A DNA stretch of 64,000 nt, taken from contig OZ218958.1 of assembly GCA_965112735.1 (NCBI GenBank), positions 3,100,001 through 3,164,000 of the forward strand, read 5' to 3'. Under the pieces are notes generated by a model. The model worked only from the letters and a program-made list of their open reading frames with translations. It did no database searches and was not told where the DNA came from. This DNA comes from Phaeosaccion multiseriatum. Lineage: Eukaryota; Protista; Ochrophyta, other classes. The translations under genes and the position numbers were made by a program. Shown one piece after another: positions 36,463 to 47,033 of this stretch (positions are counted from its first letter, which is position 1; each line of letters begins with the position of its first letter).

Positions 36463-39231
36463 ATGGTGCGTCGCTCCTCACGAGCAGCTTCCTCCCAGGA
36501 AGAGGATGTCGAGGAGGAGGTCGCCTACATGAAGGACGAGATGCAAGACGATGAGGAGAGCGAGGAAAGACCGGGACGCGGGAAGGGAAAGGGAAAGGCT
36601 AAGAAGCGCCCCCGACAAGACTACGGAGGAGAGGAGGAGGCAAGGAGCAGCAGAGGGAGGCGAGGTTCACACCGTGGAGGAGGGGAAAGCGACGACGAAG
36701 GAGAAGGGGAAGAAGAAGAAGATCAAAAACCCGGCCGAGGAAGAGGCGGAAGGCTCGGAGGTGAGGAGGAGGAGGAAGCCGACGGCGAGGAGTCCTTCTC
36801 GTTTACCCAAGAGGCGGAGGAGGGCTGGGTGGCCAGTCAGACTGTGTCGGGCATGGTCAAGGAGAAGGACAAGGCCAAGGCCACCAAGCTCACCGCAGAG
36901 ATCAGAGAGGACCTCGTGAGCCGCGCATGTCGCTTCCTCCTGTTCAAGGGGTCTCGCCAGGAGCCCATCAAGCGAACGGTGCGTTCGTTTTGGTTCGTTC
37001 GGTCGTTGTATATATGTCGGAAAGGTGTGCTTGCGTGTTTTGTGTTGCTTGCGTGACAGGGCTTGTGCACAAGGGATGCCCGTATGCCCGTATTGCACGG
37101 GGAACAAAGGCTCTGAAAGCGGCAAGCGGGGGTCGATTCAAATCGATGTTGACCTCGAGTGCCCCCCCCCCCCATCTTCTCCCTTCATCCTCCCTGTCTC
37201 CCACCCCCTTCTCACTCCCCTCTCCCTGCCTTCCTCCCTCCCTCCCTCCGGTTTCTCCCCTCCTCTCCTCCACCCTCCCCCTCTCCATCCCACCCCCCAC
37301 CACCCCCCCCTCCGTCTCCCCCTCTCCAGGACCTGATGAACGAGGTGATCAAGAAGGGCGGCGGCAGCGCTGTCCACACCAACATCATCTTGGCCATGGC
37401 CGATCAGCGCCTCGAAGACACCTTCGGCTTCAAGCTCAGGGACGTGCCCGAGCCCCTTGCCAAGAAGAACAAGTTCCCCGCCACGCTCAAGGACTCCTTG
37501 TAAGTGCTTGGGCCCGGGCTGAAGGGGTGGGGTCTGGGAGTGCTTCTGCTTAGGCTTGGGCTTATCTTGGGGTTCGTTGTCGAACCCTTTTTTGGGTTCG
37601 ATGCTCACATAAAACTGAACCCTGAAATCTGCTTGGGTCAGGTTTTGGGGTGAGGCTAGACTTTTGGCCAAGTGGGGTCGGTCGGGATTCGAGTGAAGCT
37701 TTGGCTTAGGCTTAAGCTCGATTCTGAAGGACTCCTTGTGATAGAGTGGGGCGAGTGCGGAGGGGAGTAGGCGCGAGGCAGGCAGGCAGGCAGGCAGGCA
37801 TGTTGGTTCTCTTCCTTGTCCCTCTCTCTTCTCTATGTCTATCCTCCTCATGGAATCATGTCCCAATTTGAGTCTCCTTCTCCTGAGCCCCACCTCTTGC
37901 AAGCCCCATCCACCAACCCATTGACATAGTACACCCACCCGCCCATTGACATATTCATGCACCCACCCACCCAAACGCCTCTAGTTGAGCCTAACCCCAC
38001 TGCCGCCCGTTTACACCCCTCCTCCTACCCCCCCCCCCCCCCCTCGACGCCACAGCTGGTTGGTCAACACCATCAAGAACGAGCGTAACATCAAGGCCAT
38101 CAACAGCAACCCCACCGCCCCTCACCGCGGCCTCCTGCTCATCGTGCTGACGCTCGTCTACTGCGCAAAGGGCAAGACCCTCGGCGACGAGGCGCTGTAC
38201 CGGGCCCTGCATAGAGTCGACCCTCGCGTGCCCGACTCGGCGCCTGAGAAGGGCAGGAAGGCGACCAGCAGGTGAAGGGGACATGGTGGAGTTGGAGTTG
38301 GAGTTTGGGGTGGGGTGGCATGGTGTGGTGTGGTGTGGTGTGGTGTGGTGTGGTGTATCACCAACTGGCGTGGTATGGTGTGGTGTGGTGTGACAGGTGT
38401 GGCAGGTGCTCTCAAGTGTTTGAAGTCATTTTTCATTTTCGAGTTCGTCATTTCCGTCACACCACATACTGTTCCTGGCATTAACGCACTGACTTAGGCC
38501 TGTGGAGCGAGGGCAGTAGACTCACCCCCCCCCCCCCCTTCTCTTGCCCATATGCCTCCCCTCTCGCCCCCGTATGCATACATATGCCCCCCTGTGCATA
38601 TATATATACTGTCCGTCCCTCTTGCCCATATGCCTCCTTCGTGGCCTCAAACAGACGCGACCTGGTGGAGGGCCTGGGGGACGTGTCTGAGCTTCTCACT
38701 CTCTTCGTCAAGCAACAGTACCTCTTCAAGAGGGAGGTGGAGGTGAGGCAGCAGAAAGCCTCGCTTGCTTTCTCTCTCTTGTCTCTCCCTCTTCGCTTTC
38801 CTCTTTTCTCTCTCCCCTCTCTCCCTCTCTTGCTGGATGTATTGCCTTTGGTGACCTTCCGCCCTTGCCATTCACACCTTCTCCGTCCCTCCGTCCCTCC
38901 GTCCTTGCTACTTGCCACCCATTCACCCCGCCTCCTCCCATCCCTTGTTCCTCTCCTTTCCCCTCCCACCCCCTTCCTCCCTTCCCCTCTCTCCCACCCT
39001 CCCCTCTCCTCGTCCTGACACCTCTCACAGCAAAACCCCGGCGCCGCAGCCTTTTCCAACCGCAAGGTGTACGTGTACACATGGGGCCCGAGAGCCTTTT
39101 TGGAGATTGGTCGCCTCCAGATCCGATCCTTCATATCTCGCGTCACCGGCCTGCCGCTCGACCCCGCCGATGAGAGCGAGGACGAGGGTGAGTTGGTGGA
39201 GGAGGAGGACGAGGACGAAGAGGAGGAGTGA
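36463..39231 (+). CDS. NSE3: Smc5/6 non-SMC element 3 (MAGE domain), 5 exons
   Basis: Exons 36463-36978, 37330-37499, 38056-38271, 38655-38742, 39031-39231. MAGE motifs CRFLLFK...PIKRTDL, LEDTFGFKLRDV, GLLLIVLTLVY, FVKQQYL, YTWGPRAFLEI. Confidence 0.88.
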
Positions 39232-39888
39232 GGGAGAGGAGGGGAAAGAGAGGAGGAGAGAGGGGGTTAAGTGAAGGAGAGAGAAGAGGACAGAAGAAGA
39301 GAAGGGTTGAGTAAAGGAGGGGTGCAGCTCTCCGTCTCTCTCTGTAGCTCCGCCTTGCACAAGAGAGCAGCGCTGCGCTTATCGATCGGCGATGAAATCG
39401 GACTCGTCTGGTACCATCGACCGAAGAACGCAGCGAATGCGGCGGGTAGGCGGGTAGGTGGGAGGGGGGAGGGAGGAAGTTGGCTGAGGAAGTGGGCTGG
39501 CAACGAGGTTCGTGCTGCTGAGGAAGATGAGGAAGGCTAGAGAGGGAGTGGGGCAAAGGCAAGGGAAGGTGTGGCGAAGGTGGCAGGAGGACGTCCTCGA
39601 CGCTAAGAAGAATAGACAAAACAGTCTTTCAACTGTCTAAGATATAACACGTTCATTCTCTTCCAATTTCTCAATATTCTCCGTTCCTACTGTGATTTCG
39701 CGGTTGAGCGGCACTTTTGACGCCCCGTGAATTTTTTATGACGCCAAATGACGATTACTTTGACGACGTTTGACGACTTTTTGAACTTTTTGAACCCCTT
39801 TTTTACCCACTTTAAAGCCCTATTTGACGCACTTTGACGCCCTTTGAAGCCGTCATCTGGCAGCATCGGCTCGTCGTCGTCGTCGTCG

Positions 39889-40839
39889 TCCTCCTCCTCC
39901 TCCTCCTCCTCCTCCTCCTCCTCCTCCTCCTCCTCCTCCTCCTCCTCCTCCTCCTCCTCCTCCTCCTCCTCCTCCTCCTCCTCCTCCTCCTCCTCCTCCT
40001 CCTCCTCCTCCTCCTCCTCCTCCTCCTCCTCCTCCTCCTCCTCCTCCTCCTCCTCCTCCTCCTCCTCCTCCTCCTCCTCCTCCTCCTCCTCCTCCTCCTC
40101 CTCCTCCTCCTCCTCCTCCTCCTCCTCCTCCTCCTCCTCCTCCTCCTCCTCCTCCTCCTCCTCCTCCTCCTCCTCCTCCTCCTCCTCCTCCTCCTCCTCC
40201 TCCTCCTCCTCCTCCTCCTCCTCCTCCTCCTCCTCCTCCTCCTCCTCCTCCTCCTCCTCCTCCTCCTCCTCCTCCTCCTCCTCCTCCTCCTCCTCCTCCT
40301 CCTCCTCCTCCTCCTCCTCCTCCTCCTCCTCCTCCTCCTCCTCCTCCTCCTCCTCCTCCTCCTCCTCCTCCTCCTCCTCCTCCTCCTCCTCCTCCTCCTC
40401 CTCCTCCTCCTCCTCCTCCTCCTCCTCCTCCTCCTCCTCCTCCTCCTCCTCCTCCTCCTCCTCCTCCTCCTCCTCCTCCTCCTCCTCCTCCTCCTCCTCC
40501 TCCTCCTCCTCCTCCTCCTCCTCCTCCTCCTCCTCCTCCTCCTCCTCCTCCTCCTCCTCCTCCTCCTCCTCCTCCTCCTCCTCCTCCTCCTCCTCCTCCT
40601 CCTCCTCCTCCTCCTCCTCCTCCTCCTCCTCCTCCTCCTCCTCCTCCTCCTCCTCCTCCTCCTCCTCCTCCTCCTCCTCCTCCTCCTCCTCCTCCTCCTC
40701 CTCCTCCTCCTCCTCCTCCTCCTCCTCCTCCTCCTCCTCCTCCTCCTCCTCCTCCTCCTCCTCCTCCTCCTCCTCCTCCTCCTCCTCCTCCTCCTCCTCC
40801 TCCTCCTCCTCCTCCTCCTCCTCCTCCTCCTCCTCCTCC
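39889..40839. repeat. Perfect (TCC)n/(GGA)n tract, ~950 bp
   Basis: Direct observation; preceded by about six TCG units. Confidence 0.97.
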
Positions 40840-41693
40840 TCATCCTCCTCATCCTCCTCCTCGAGCGACTAATCTTATCCATGACTTGACACATATATGA
40901 AACCTAAGACCACCTTTTAGCTTGCTTCCCATGCTCCACTGGATTCATAGCTGGAAAGCAGAGGGACAATGCCCTTTTCCGTTGTGGCTGTGAGATGCAT
41001 ACTCACATAGCTACTACCGTCCGCCGTCGGTTGCTTCCACAAAATACCGCCATAACCACAGCAGCAACCAACGCATCCCATCCATGTGGATCTGCAGGCC
41101 GATGACCATGGAAGGGGAGGGTGGGCCGAGGGACAGGAGCCCGGGTACGACAGCAGCGAGGAGGCCGCCGGCACCACTACCCCCTCGCCACCCCGACGAG
41201 CAGCTGAGGCTGTTGCCCTTTCCGACTCCGGCATCATCAGCGCCAATGGGAGCGGCGACGAGGGCGACAGCAAGCGAGCATCTCCGCCAAAGAAGCAGGG
41301 TGCGGGCGTGGGCGGCTCGTCTGCTCCTGCTGGCCCCCACTCGCTGCAGGAGCTCGAGCTACCTCAAATCGATATCGATACCTTCGATATCGATACCTTC
41401 AATTATTATTAATTACTTCGAAGTATTATACTGAAACAGGTGTGAGTGTGGAGACGACGTTGCGGCCCTCCTCCCTAGCTCGCATTGAGCGGTGGGACCG
41501 TATAGCCTCTTGACGGCGATGGAGGGGGCTGCAGCAGGGTTTCGACCTATTGGCCAAGAGTTGGAGGCCTCGTGTTATGTCTGGTTTAATAGTTGCTTAA
41601 CTTAATCAAATTATATGTCTTCCTGAGACACAATAGAGGCAGACTAAGGACCATTTCAATCTAGTTAGGTCCACTGAAGAAAAAGAGGACGAA

Positions 41694-41924
41694 TGTAAAA
41701 GCGACCTAAGCCGCTTAGACAAGTGGTAACCCTTGATATATTATACGGGATGGAACCCGTTTGCAAGCCCTGCTGCTAGGCTCTCCTTATACCAAGATCA
41801 CCGTTCTGACGTCCTCCTCCACTCAGAATCTACGTAATATAGGACACACCGACCATTGACTTATGGTCCTTCTCACTCTGAGGCCTTCCAACATCCCCAA
41901 TGCCTATCCCGTAACCTTCCAACA
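41694..41924 (-). repeat. 3' LTR (231 bp)
   Basis: Minus strand TGTTGGAAGG...GGTCGCTTTTACA, preceded by purine-rich GGGATAGGCATTGGGGA (PPT-like, 41925-41941). Confidence 0.9.
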
Positions 41925-41969
41925 TCCCCAATGCCTATCCCGTCTCTGCGACCACCACCACCGCAAGGT

Positions 41970-44900
41970 CTAGAACCCCAAATGTTGCGCCGTCTCCGCA
42001 GCGATGCCCATCCCCCACTTCTCGTGCAACATGGCGCGCACGGTGCGCTCTCGTTTAGACCGCTGCCCACGCTTGCGCTGCACGCTCGGGTCCAACGCCC
42101 CTGGCGCCAAAGAGTCCTCGAATGCCTCTATTGCCGCCCTCTCCCCGCGCCGCAAGAGCCAATCGTCCCACTCCCACGTCTGATAACTGCCACCCTCCCG
42201 TACAGCCCAACGTACACAGTACTCACGCCGTAGGGGCTGCCCTGTGGCCTTACGCCACCTCATCTTCACTATCCGCGCCAGCTCGGGCGCCCGCCCTATC
42301 CCAACCTCGTCATCGGTCACGCTCCGCTTCTCCTGCAGTGCACTAGTACCCCAGTGGGCTGAGCAGTACCGGATGTGGTATCGAGCGAACCCATCTGGTA
42401 GTCCTTGCGGCTGGCCACTCACCCCATCAACGAACGGCTTGGTGAGGTCCCTATGGTACGCCCCTTGCTTGAACTCCACTCCCCCGCCTCTGACCCTCGG
42501 CACATCCAGATACACCGTGCTACGGCGCATCACCGCGTAGTGCTCGTCGTTGAGTATGCCACCATGTCGCGCCTGGAAGGCCTGCTGTGTGGGCCAAGCC
42601 AGGACTTGGAACGGTCCGTCCCAAGCATGACTCAGCGCTTTGAGCGTCAGTGCCTTCTGCTCCTCCATGGCCTCACCCTCCTCCTGCGCCACCCCCCCTG
42701 GACGGTACAACCACACCTTAGTGCCAGGAGGCATCGGCGCTGGCCAGCGACGCTCACGGTTCTTGAGCTGTAGCCTGCTGCGGTACTCCTCGCGCCTGCC
42801 CGTCACCACCTGCGCCGCCGCTGCCATCCGCGCCCTCAGCTCGTGCACCCATGCCGAAGGCGTCTCGAACGAGCCGTCCTCCTCGAGGGCAGGCAGCATC
42901 GTTTGAAGTGGAATCGGGGGGTGTCGACCGAAGAGAGTGTAGTACGGGGAGAGGCCTGTGGTCTTGTGAGCTCTGCAGTTGTACGCGTACGTGAGCGCGG
43001 GAACATACTCAGGCCACTGCTGCATCTGGGCCTCCACTGTCGTCGCCAGCATGTCCTTCATCGTGGCCATGAAGCGCTCCACTTGCCCATTGGCTTGCTG
43101 ATGCATCGGCGTAGTGAAGACTTGTGATGTCTGGAGTACGCGCAGCACATCGGCCATGAGCGTGCTCGTGAACTGCGACCCTTGGTCACTGACCAGCACC
43201 TTGGGCGCCCCCAGCACCGTCACTACGTGCCGCACGAATGCCCGAGCAATGCCCTCCGCTGTATAGTCCTTGGCGCACAATGGCACCACCACTGTCCATT
43301 TGGTGAACCAATCTTGAAACACCAAAATGTACTCCTCCCCCCCCATGGCCATGGGGAAAGGTCCTGCCACGTCAGCACCCATAACCGCCCATGGCCCATT
43401 CACAGCCGCCGATGATATGGACGAGAGCGGAACCTGTGGAGGTCGCCTCCGTGGTGTCTTGCGTGTCTGGCACGCAAGACATGAACGGGCCCAGTACAGC
43501 GCATGCCCGTTCATGGAGGGCCACCACACTCGCTCCTGCAGCGCATCCAGCATCCGCCCTGGCCCGTGATGGCCGCCTGAGACCGCATCGCCGTGCGTGG
43601 CATGCAGTAGGGCCGGCCTGAGCGCCTTGGGGACGCAGAGCTGCAACCTCGTTCGCTCTACCCGCCACCGTCGCCCCCCGGGGGCCCACTTGCGGCGAAG
43701 GACGCCATCGCCATCGAGAGAGAACTCTCCCCCGCCCGCATCGAACACCCCCTCGCCCGGGGAGGCTGCCAAGACCTTCTGACGCCACCCCTCCAACTCA
43801 GCGTCCTGCTGCTGCGCCTTCACCCACCACGCGGGCTGGTAAGTCCGAGCCCCATGCAAGATGCGGGCTGCGCACGACTGCTCACCCACTGCCGGGGGAA
43901 CACCAGGGAGGGACCACCCAAATTGCCGCGTAGCAGCCTGCCTTGCGGCCTCCACGTCTGCCAGCGCTGCTGCCTCGCTCGCCGCAGCCGCATGGGCATC
44001 GGTGTCAGCCGCTGGAGTCGCTCCAGCCTCTCGTCCCTCCACCCCCGTGGCCGAGCCGCCAACTGTGAGTCCGCCGCCTCCTCCTCCTCCTCCTCCGCCT
44101 CCTCCTCCTCCTCCTCCTCCTCCTCCTCCTCCTCCTCCTCCACCTCCGCCGCTGCCGCTGCCGCCGCCTTCAACCCCTCCTCCGCCGCCTGCACCACCCG
44201 CACCGTCACCGCCGCCGGCTGTGGCGGCTGCTGGGGCCGCGGTCGGTGTGCGCTCCGCCTCCACCGTCGATGCACCCACCACGCCCGCGGCCTCGACGGC
44301 GGCAGGGATGTCCCACGCCACACCTTGGGTTTGCCACTGCTGCTGGGCCTCTGTGGGGGTCACCATGGTGTAGTAGCCGCCCGTATCTGCGGCGATGGCA
44401 CTCCACGTCTTCTCAATCATAACCGCTCGAGGTAGTGACAGCTTGCCACGCCTCCGCGCCGCGGCCGGCCGATAGCGCGCCCTGAACTGCTCCACTGCGT
44501 CCATGAGCTCCGTCCAGGTCCACTGGGGATGTCGGTAAGAAAGAAGGATCAGGTCAATCATCTCCACTGACTTAGCGGTCGCTGAGAAAATGAAGAGTGG
44601 ACTGGCGTGCTCCCGATCGGCCCAATACCCCACCCCGGCAGAGACGAACTGTCCTGCGCGCATCTCAGCACGCGTCACACCCGCCACCCCGCTATCCACC
44701 GCGCTCACTTCCATCGCAGACGGCACCGGAACTGCACAAGCCCGCATCTTCGGCAGCAGCTGTAGTAATGCGGCCACATCGTCGAAGGCATAGCTGAGCT
44801 GGGCCGCAGTGAGCTCCCGCTGAGTCCAATCCGTCTTCTGCTCCTCCTTGCTCATAAAACGCTGCAGGAACATACTAACCAGGTCTGCTAAGCCAATGGG

Positions 44901-47033
44901 ACGGCAGTGCTCAGGCCACACCTCCTTGAATAAATGCGTCGTGTCGACCAAGTTGGCGATGGTCCACACATGCGGCGCCAACGCCGGCCACTTCCCTAGG
45001 GCACGCTGGTCGTGACTCCAGTGATGCGCCAGCTTCATAATCCCCCCGTCGCCCCACAGCTCACTCAGCACCGCCGCCAGCGCCTCCATACCACCATTGC
45101 CACTCAAACTGTCCAAATCCACCCAAAACCCACAATCACGCTCCGAATTGGCGACGCCGCTATACTGAACACCCAATTGCAGCAGAGACGCCGGCCGAGG
45201 AGGAGTGCGTATAGCCCACTCCGAGTCCATGGCCACCACTGTCGCCTCCCGCAGTGCCGCTCGCATGTCCCACACCTGCTCCTCCGTGCGTATGTACGTG
45301 CACCGCGCTGCTGGCACGTGGCTGAGAAACAGCGGCAGCTGAGACCACTCCTCTATCACCCGTTTCTTCTCGTTGATGTGGGACAGGGTCACTGGAGCCC
45401 AGCCACATTGCCGCATCTGCTCCACGTGCTGCAGCCGAGCCGACCCGAAGCCGCCTGGCGCCTCGACCGCCACACTGTCCACGCACAGCGCCTCCAAACC
45501 TGCCGACGCCTGCTGTCTCGCCGTGACCGACGAGAGTCCCTCCATAGGCACTGACTGAGCCGCCACCGCCTCCCCTTGCAACTGCTGCGCCGCGGCAGCA
45601 AACCGCAGCACCGCACCTTCCACCGGATCCTCCCACCCTAACGCGAGGGTGTCACCCACCACATCCACCAACGCCACCTCCACTCCCACCGCATCACACC
45701 ACTCAGTCACTGGCAAGGGGTCGCGTGACAAGCAGTCAGGCACCACAAGCTCCCGCCCCGGTTTGTGGACAAACTTGAGATGATGAGCAGAGAGCCGTTC
45801 ATACCACCGAAAGAGCTTGGAGTTGGTGTCCTTGTGAGTCGCCAGCCACAGCAAGGGTTGGTGGTCCGTCACCACCGTGCAGGGATGGTGGCAAATGTAC
45901 ATGCTCAACTTGCGCACACACCAAACCACCGCCAAGAGCTCGAGCTCCGTACTGCCTAGCCGAGCCTCCGTGGGGGTAGTGGCACGACTGATGAACGTCA
46001 CGACTCGCTCCACCCCCTCGGCATCCCGCTGCGACAGCACACCCCCTAACCCGTCTGCTGAAGCGTCGGTGCTGAGCGTGAACACCGATTCCGAGCCATA
46101 GTGAGGGAAGGCCAACGCGGGCGAGCGGAGCAGGTCCTCGATGAGCCCCTCCCACGCCGCGTCGTGCCTCGGCCCCCACGCTGACCGCACATCCACCCCT
46201 TTGCGCAAGAGCTCATTGAGCGGCCGCACCTTCATGGCAAACGCCGGAATGAATTTGCGGAAGTAGCTGAGCATGCCTACAAAGCGCCTGACCTGTCGCA
46301 CCTGATTGCCTGACTGCGCAGTGGGCTTGGCCAGCGCTCGAACTGCTGCATACTTGGCTGGATCGGCCCGCACCCCCTCACTATCCACCAAATGCCCACA
46401 GAAGCGCACCTGAGATGCCCCCAACACCACCTTGCTCGGCGCCAGCTTGAGCTTGTGCTGCACCATCCTGCCGAGAACTTGGTCTAACTGGCCAATGTGC
46501 TGATCCACCGTGGCGGAGAAAACTGCAATGTCGTCCACGAAGCACGCCACGAATGCCTGTAGGCCCTGCAACACCGTGTTCATAAGGCGTACGAACGTGG
46601 CGGGTGCATTCTTCGCTCCTTGTGGCATGACTCTCCAGGCGTACGTGCCACTGTGGCAGACAAATGTAGAGATGTCCTCATCCTCCGTGGTGGCCATGGG
46701 CACATTGAAGTAGCCAGACATGATGTCCATCACCGAAAAGACCGTAGACCCCTGCATTTCCGCCAGCAAATCATCCACCACTGGCATGGCGGGCGCCTCC
46801 GTGCGGCACGCGTCATTGAGCTGCGACAGGTCACACGTCATCCGCACGATCGGAGTGCCGTCCTCGTGGCACTTGGTGTTGCCGTGCTCGTCCGTCTTCA
46901 ACACGGCCATGAGTGGAGTGGCCCAGGCTGCTGTGCTGGGCCGGATGATCTCTGCTGCTAGCATCTTGTTCAACTCAATCTCAATACCGCGCCGGACCGG
47001 AGGAGGGACACACGACCTAAGCCGCTTAGACAA
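41970..47033 (-). CDS. pol: Pol: reverse transcriptase, RNase H, DEDDy 3'-5' exonuclease, unknown domain, integrase, chromodomain
   Basis: RT: DIMSGY, MPQGAKNAPATF, FVDD. RH: TDASADGLG, ELELLAV, TDHQPL, PDCLSR. Exonuclease: DSEW, HDQRAL, YAFDD. IN: H..H..CLAC, DVAGP, SDQGSQF, NGQVERF, WDGPFQV. Chromo: EYCVRW...TWE. Confidence 0.92.
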   Translation of the reverse strand: MSKRLRSCVPPPVRRGIEIELNKMLAAEIIRPSTAAWATPLMAVLKTDEHGNTKCHEDGTPIVRMTCDLSQLNDACRTEAPAMPVVDDLLAEMQGSTVFSVMDIMSGYFNVPMATTEDEDISTFVCHSGTYAWRVMPQGAKNAPATFVRLMNTVLQGLQAFVACFVDDIAVFSATVDQHIGQLDQVLGRMVQHKLKLAPSKVVLGASQVRFCGHLVDSEGVRADPAKYAAVRALAKPTAQSGNQVRQVRRFVGMLSYFRKFIPAFAMKVRPLNELLRKGVDVRSAWGPRHDAAWEGLIEDLLRSPALAFPHYGSESVFTLSTDASADGLGGVLSQRDAEGVERVVTFISRATTPTEARLGSTELELLAVVWCVRKLSMYICHHPCTVVTDHQPLLWLATHKDTNSKLFRWYERLSAHHLKFVHKPGRELVVPDCLSRDPLPVTEWCDAVGVEVALVDVVGDTLALGWEDPVEGAVLRFAAAAQQLQGEAVAAQSVPMEGLSSVTARQQASAGLEALCVDSVAVEAPGGFGSARLQHVEQMRQCGWAPVTLSHINEKKRVIEEWSQLPLFLSHVPAARCTYIRTEEQVWDMRAALREATVVAMDSEWAIRTPPRPASLLQLGVQYSGVANSERDCGFWVDLDSLSGNGGMEALAAVLSELWGDGGIMKLAHHWSHDQRALGKWPALAPHVWTIANLVDTTHLFKEVWPEHCRPIGLADLVSMFLQRFMSKEEQKTDWTQRELTAAQLSYAFDDVAALLQLLPKMRACAVPVPSAMEVSAVDSGVAGVTRAEMRAGQFVSAGVGYWADREHASPLFIFSATAKSVEMIDLILLSYRHPQWTWTELMDAVEQFRARYRPAAARRRGKLSLPRAVMIEKTWSAIAADTGGYYTMVTPTEAQQQWQTQGVAWDIPAAVEAAGVVGASTVEAERTPTAAPAAATAGGGDGAGGAGGGGGVEGGGSGSGGGGGGGGGGGGGGGGGGGGGGGGGGGLTVGGSATGVEGREAGATPAADTDAHAAAASEAAALADVEAARQAATRQFGWSLPGVPPAVGEQSCAARILHGARTYQPAWWVKAQQQDAELEGWRQKVLAASPGEGVFDAGGGEFSLDGDGVLRRKWAPGGRRWRVERTRLQLCVPKALRPALLHATHGDAVSGGHHGPGRMLDALQERVWWPSMNGHALYWARSCLACQTRKTPRRRPPQVPLSSISSAAVNGPWAVMGADVAGPFPMAMGGEEYILVFQDWFTKWTVVVPLCAKDYTAEGIARAFVRHVVTVLGAPKVLVSDQGSQFTSTLMADVLRVLQTSQVFTTPMHQQANGQVERFMATMKDMLATTVEAQMQQWPEYVPALTYAYNCRAHKTTGLSPYYTLFGRHPPIPLQTMLPALEEDGSFETPSAWVHELRARMAAAAQVVTGRREEYRSRLQLKNRERRWPAPMPPGTKVWLYRPGGVAQEEGEAMEEQKALTLKALSHAWDGPFQVLAWPTQQAFQARHGGILNDEHYAVMRRSTVYLDVPRVRGGGVEFKQGAYHRDLTKPFVDGVSGQPQGLPDGFARYHIRYCSAHWGTSALQEKRSVTDDEVGIGRAPELARIVKMRWRKATGQPLRREYCVRWAVREGGSYQTWEWDDWLLRRGERAAIEAFEDSLAPGALDPSVQRKRGQRSKRERTVRAMLHEKWGMGIAAETAQHLGF

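Noticed and set aside
39812-40894. Poly-Arg, poly-Leu and poly-Ser ORFs
   Set aside because: Artefacts of translating a stop-free (TCC)n tract.
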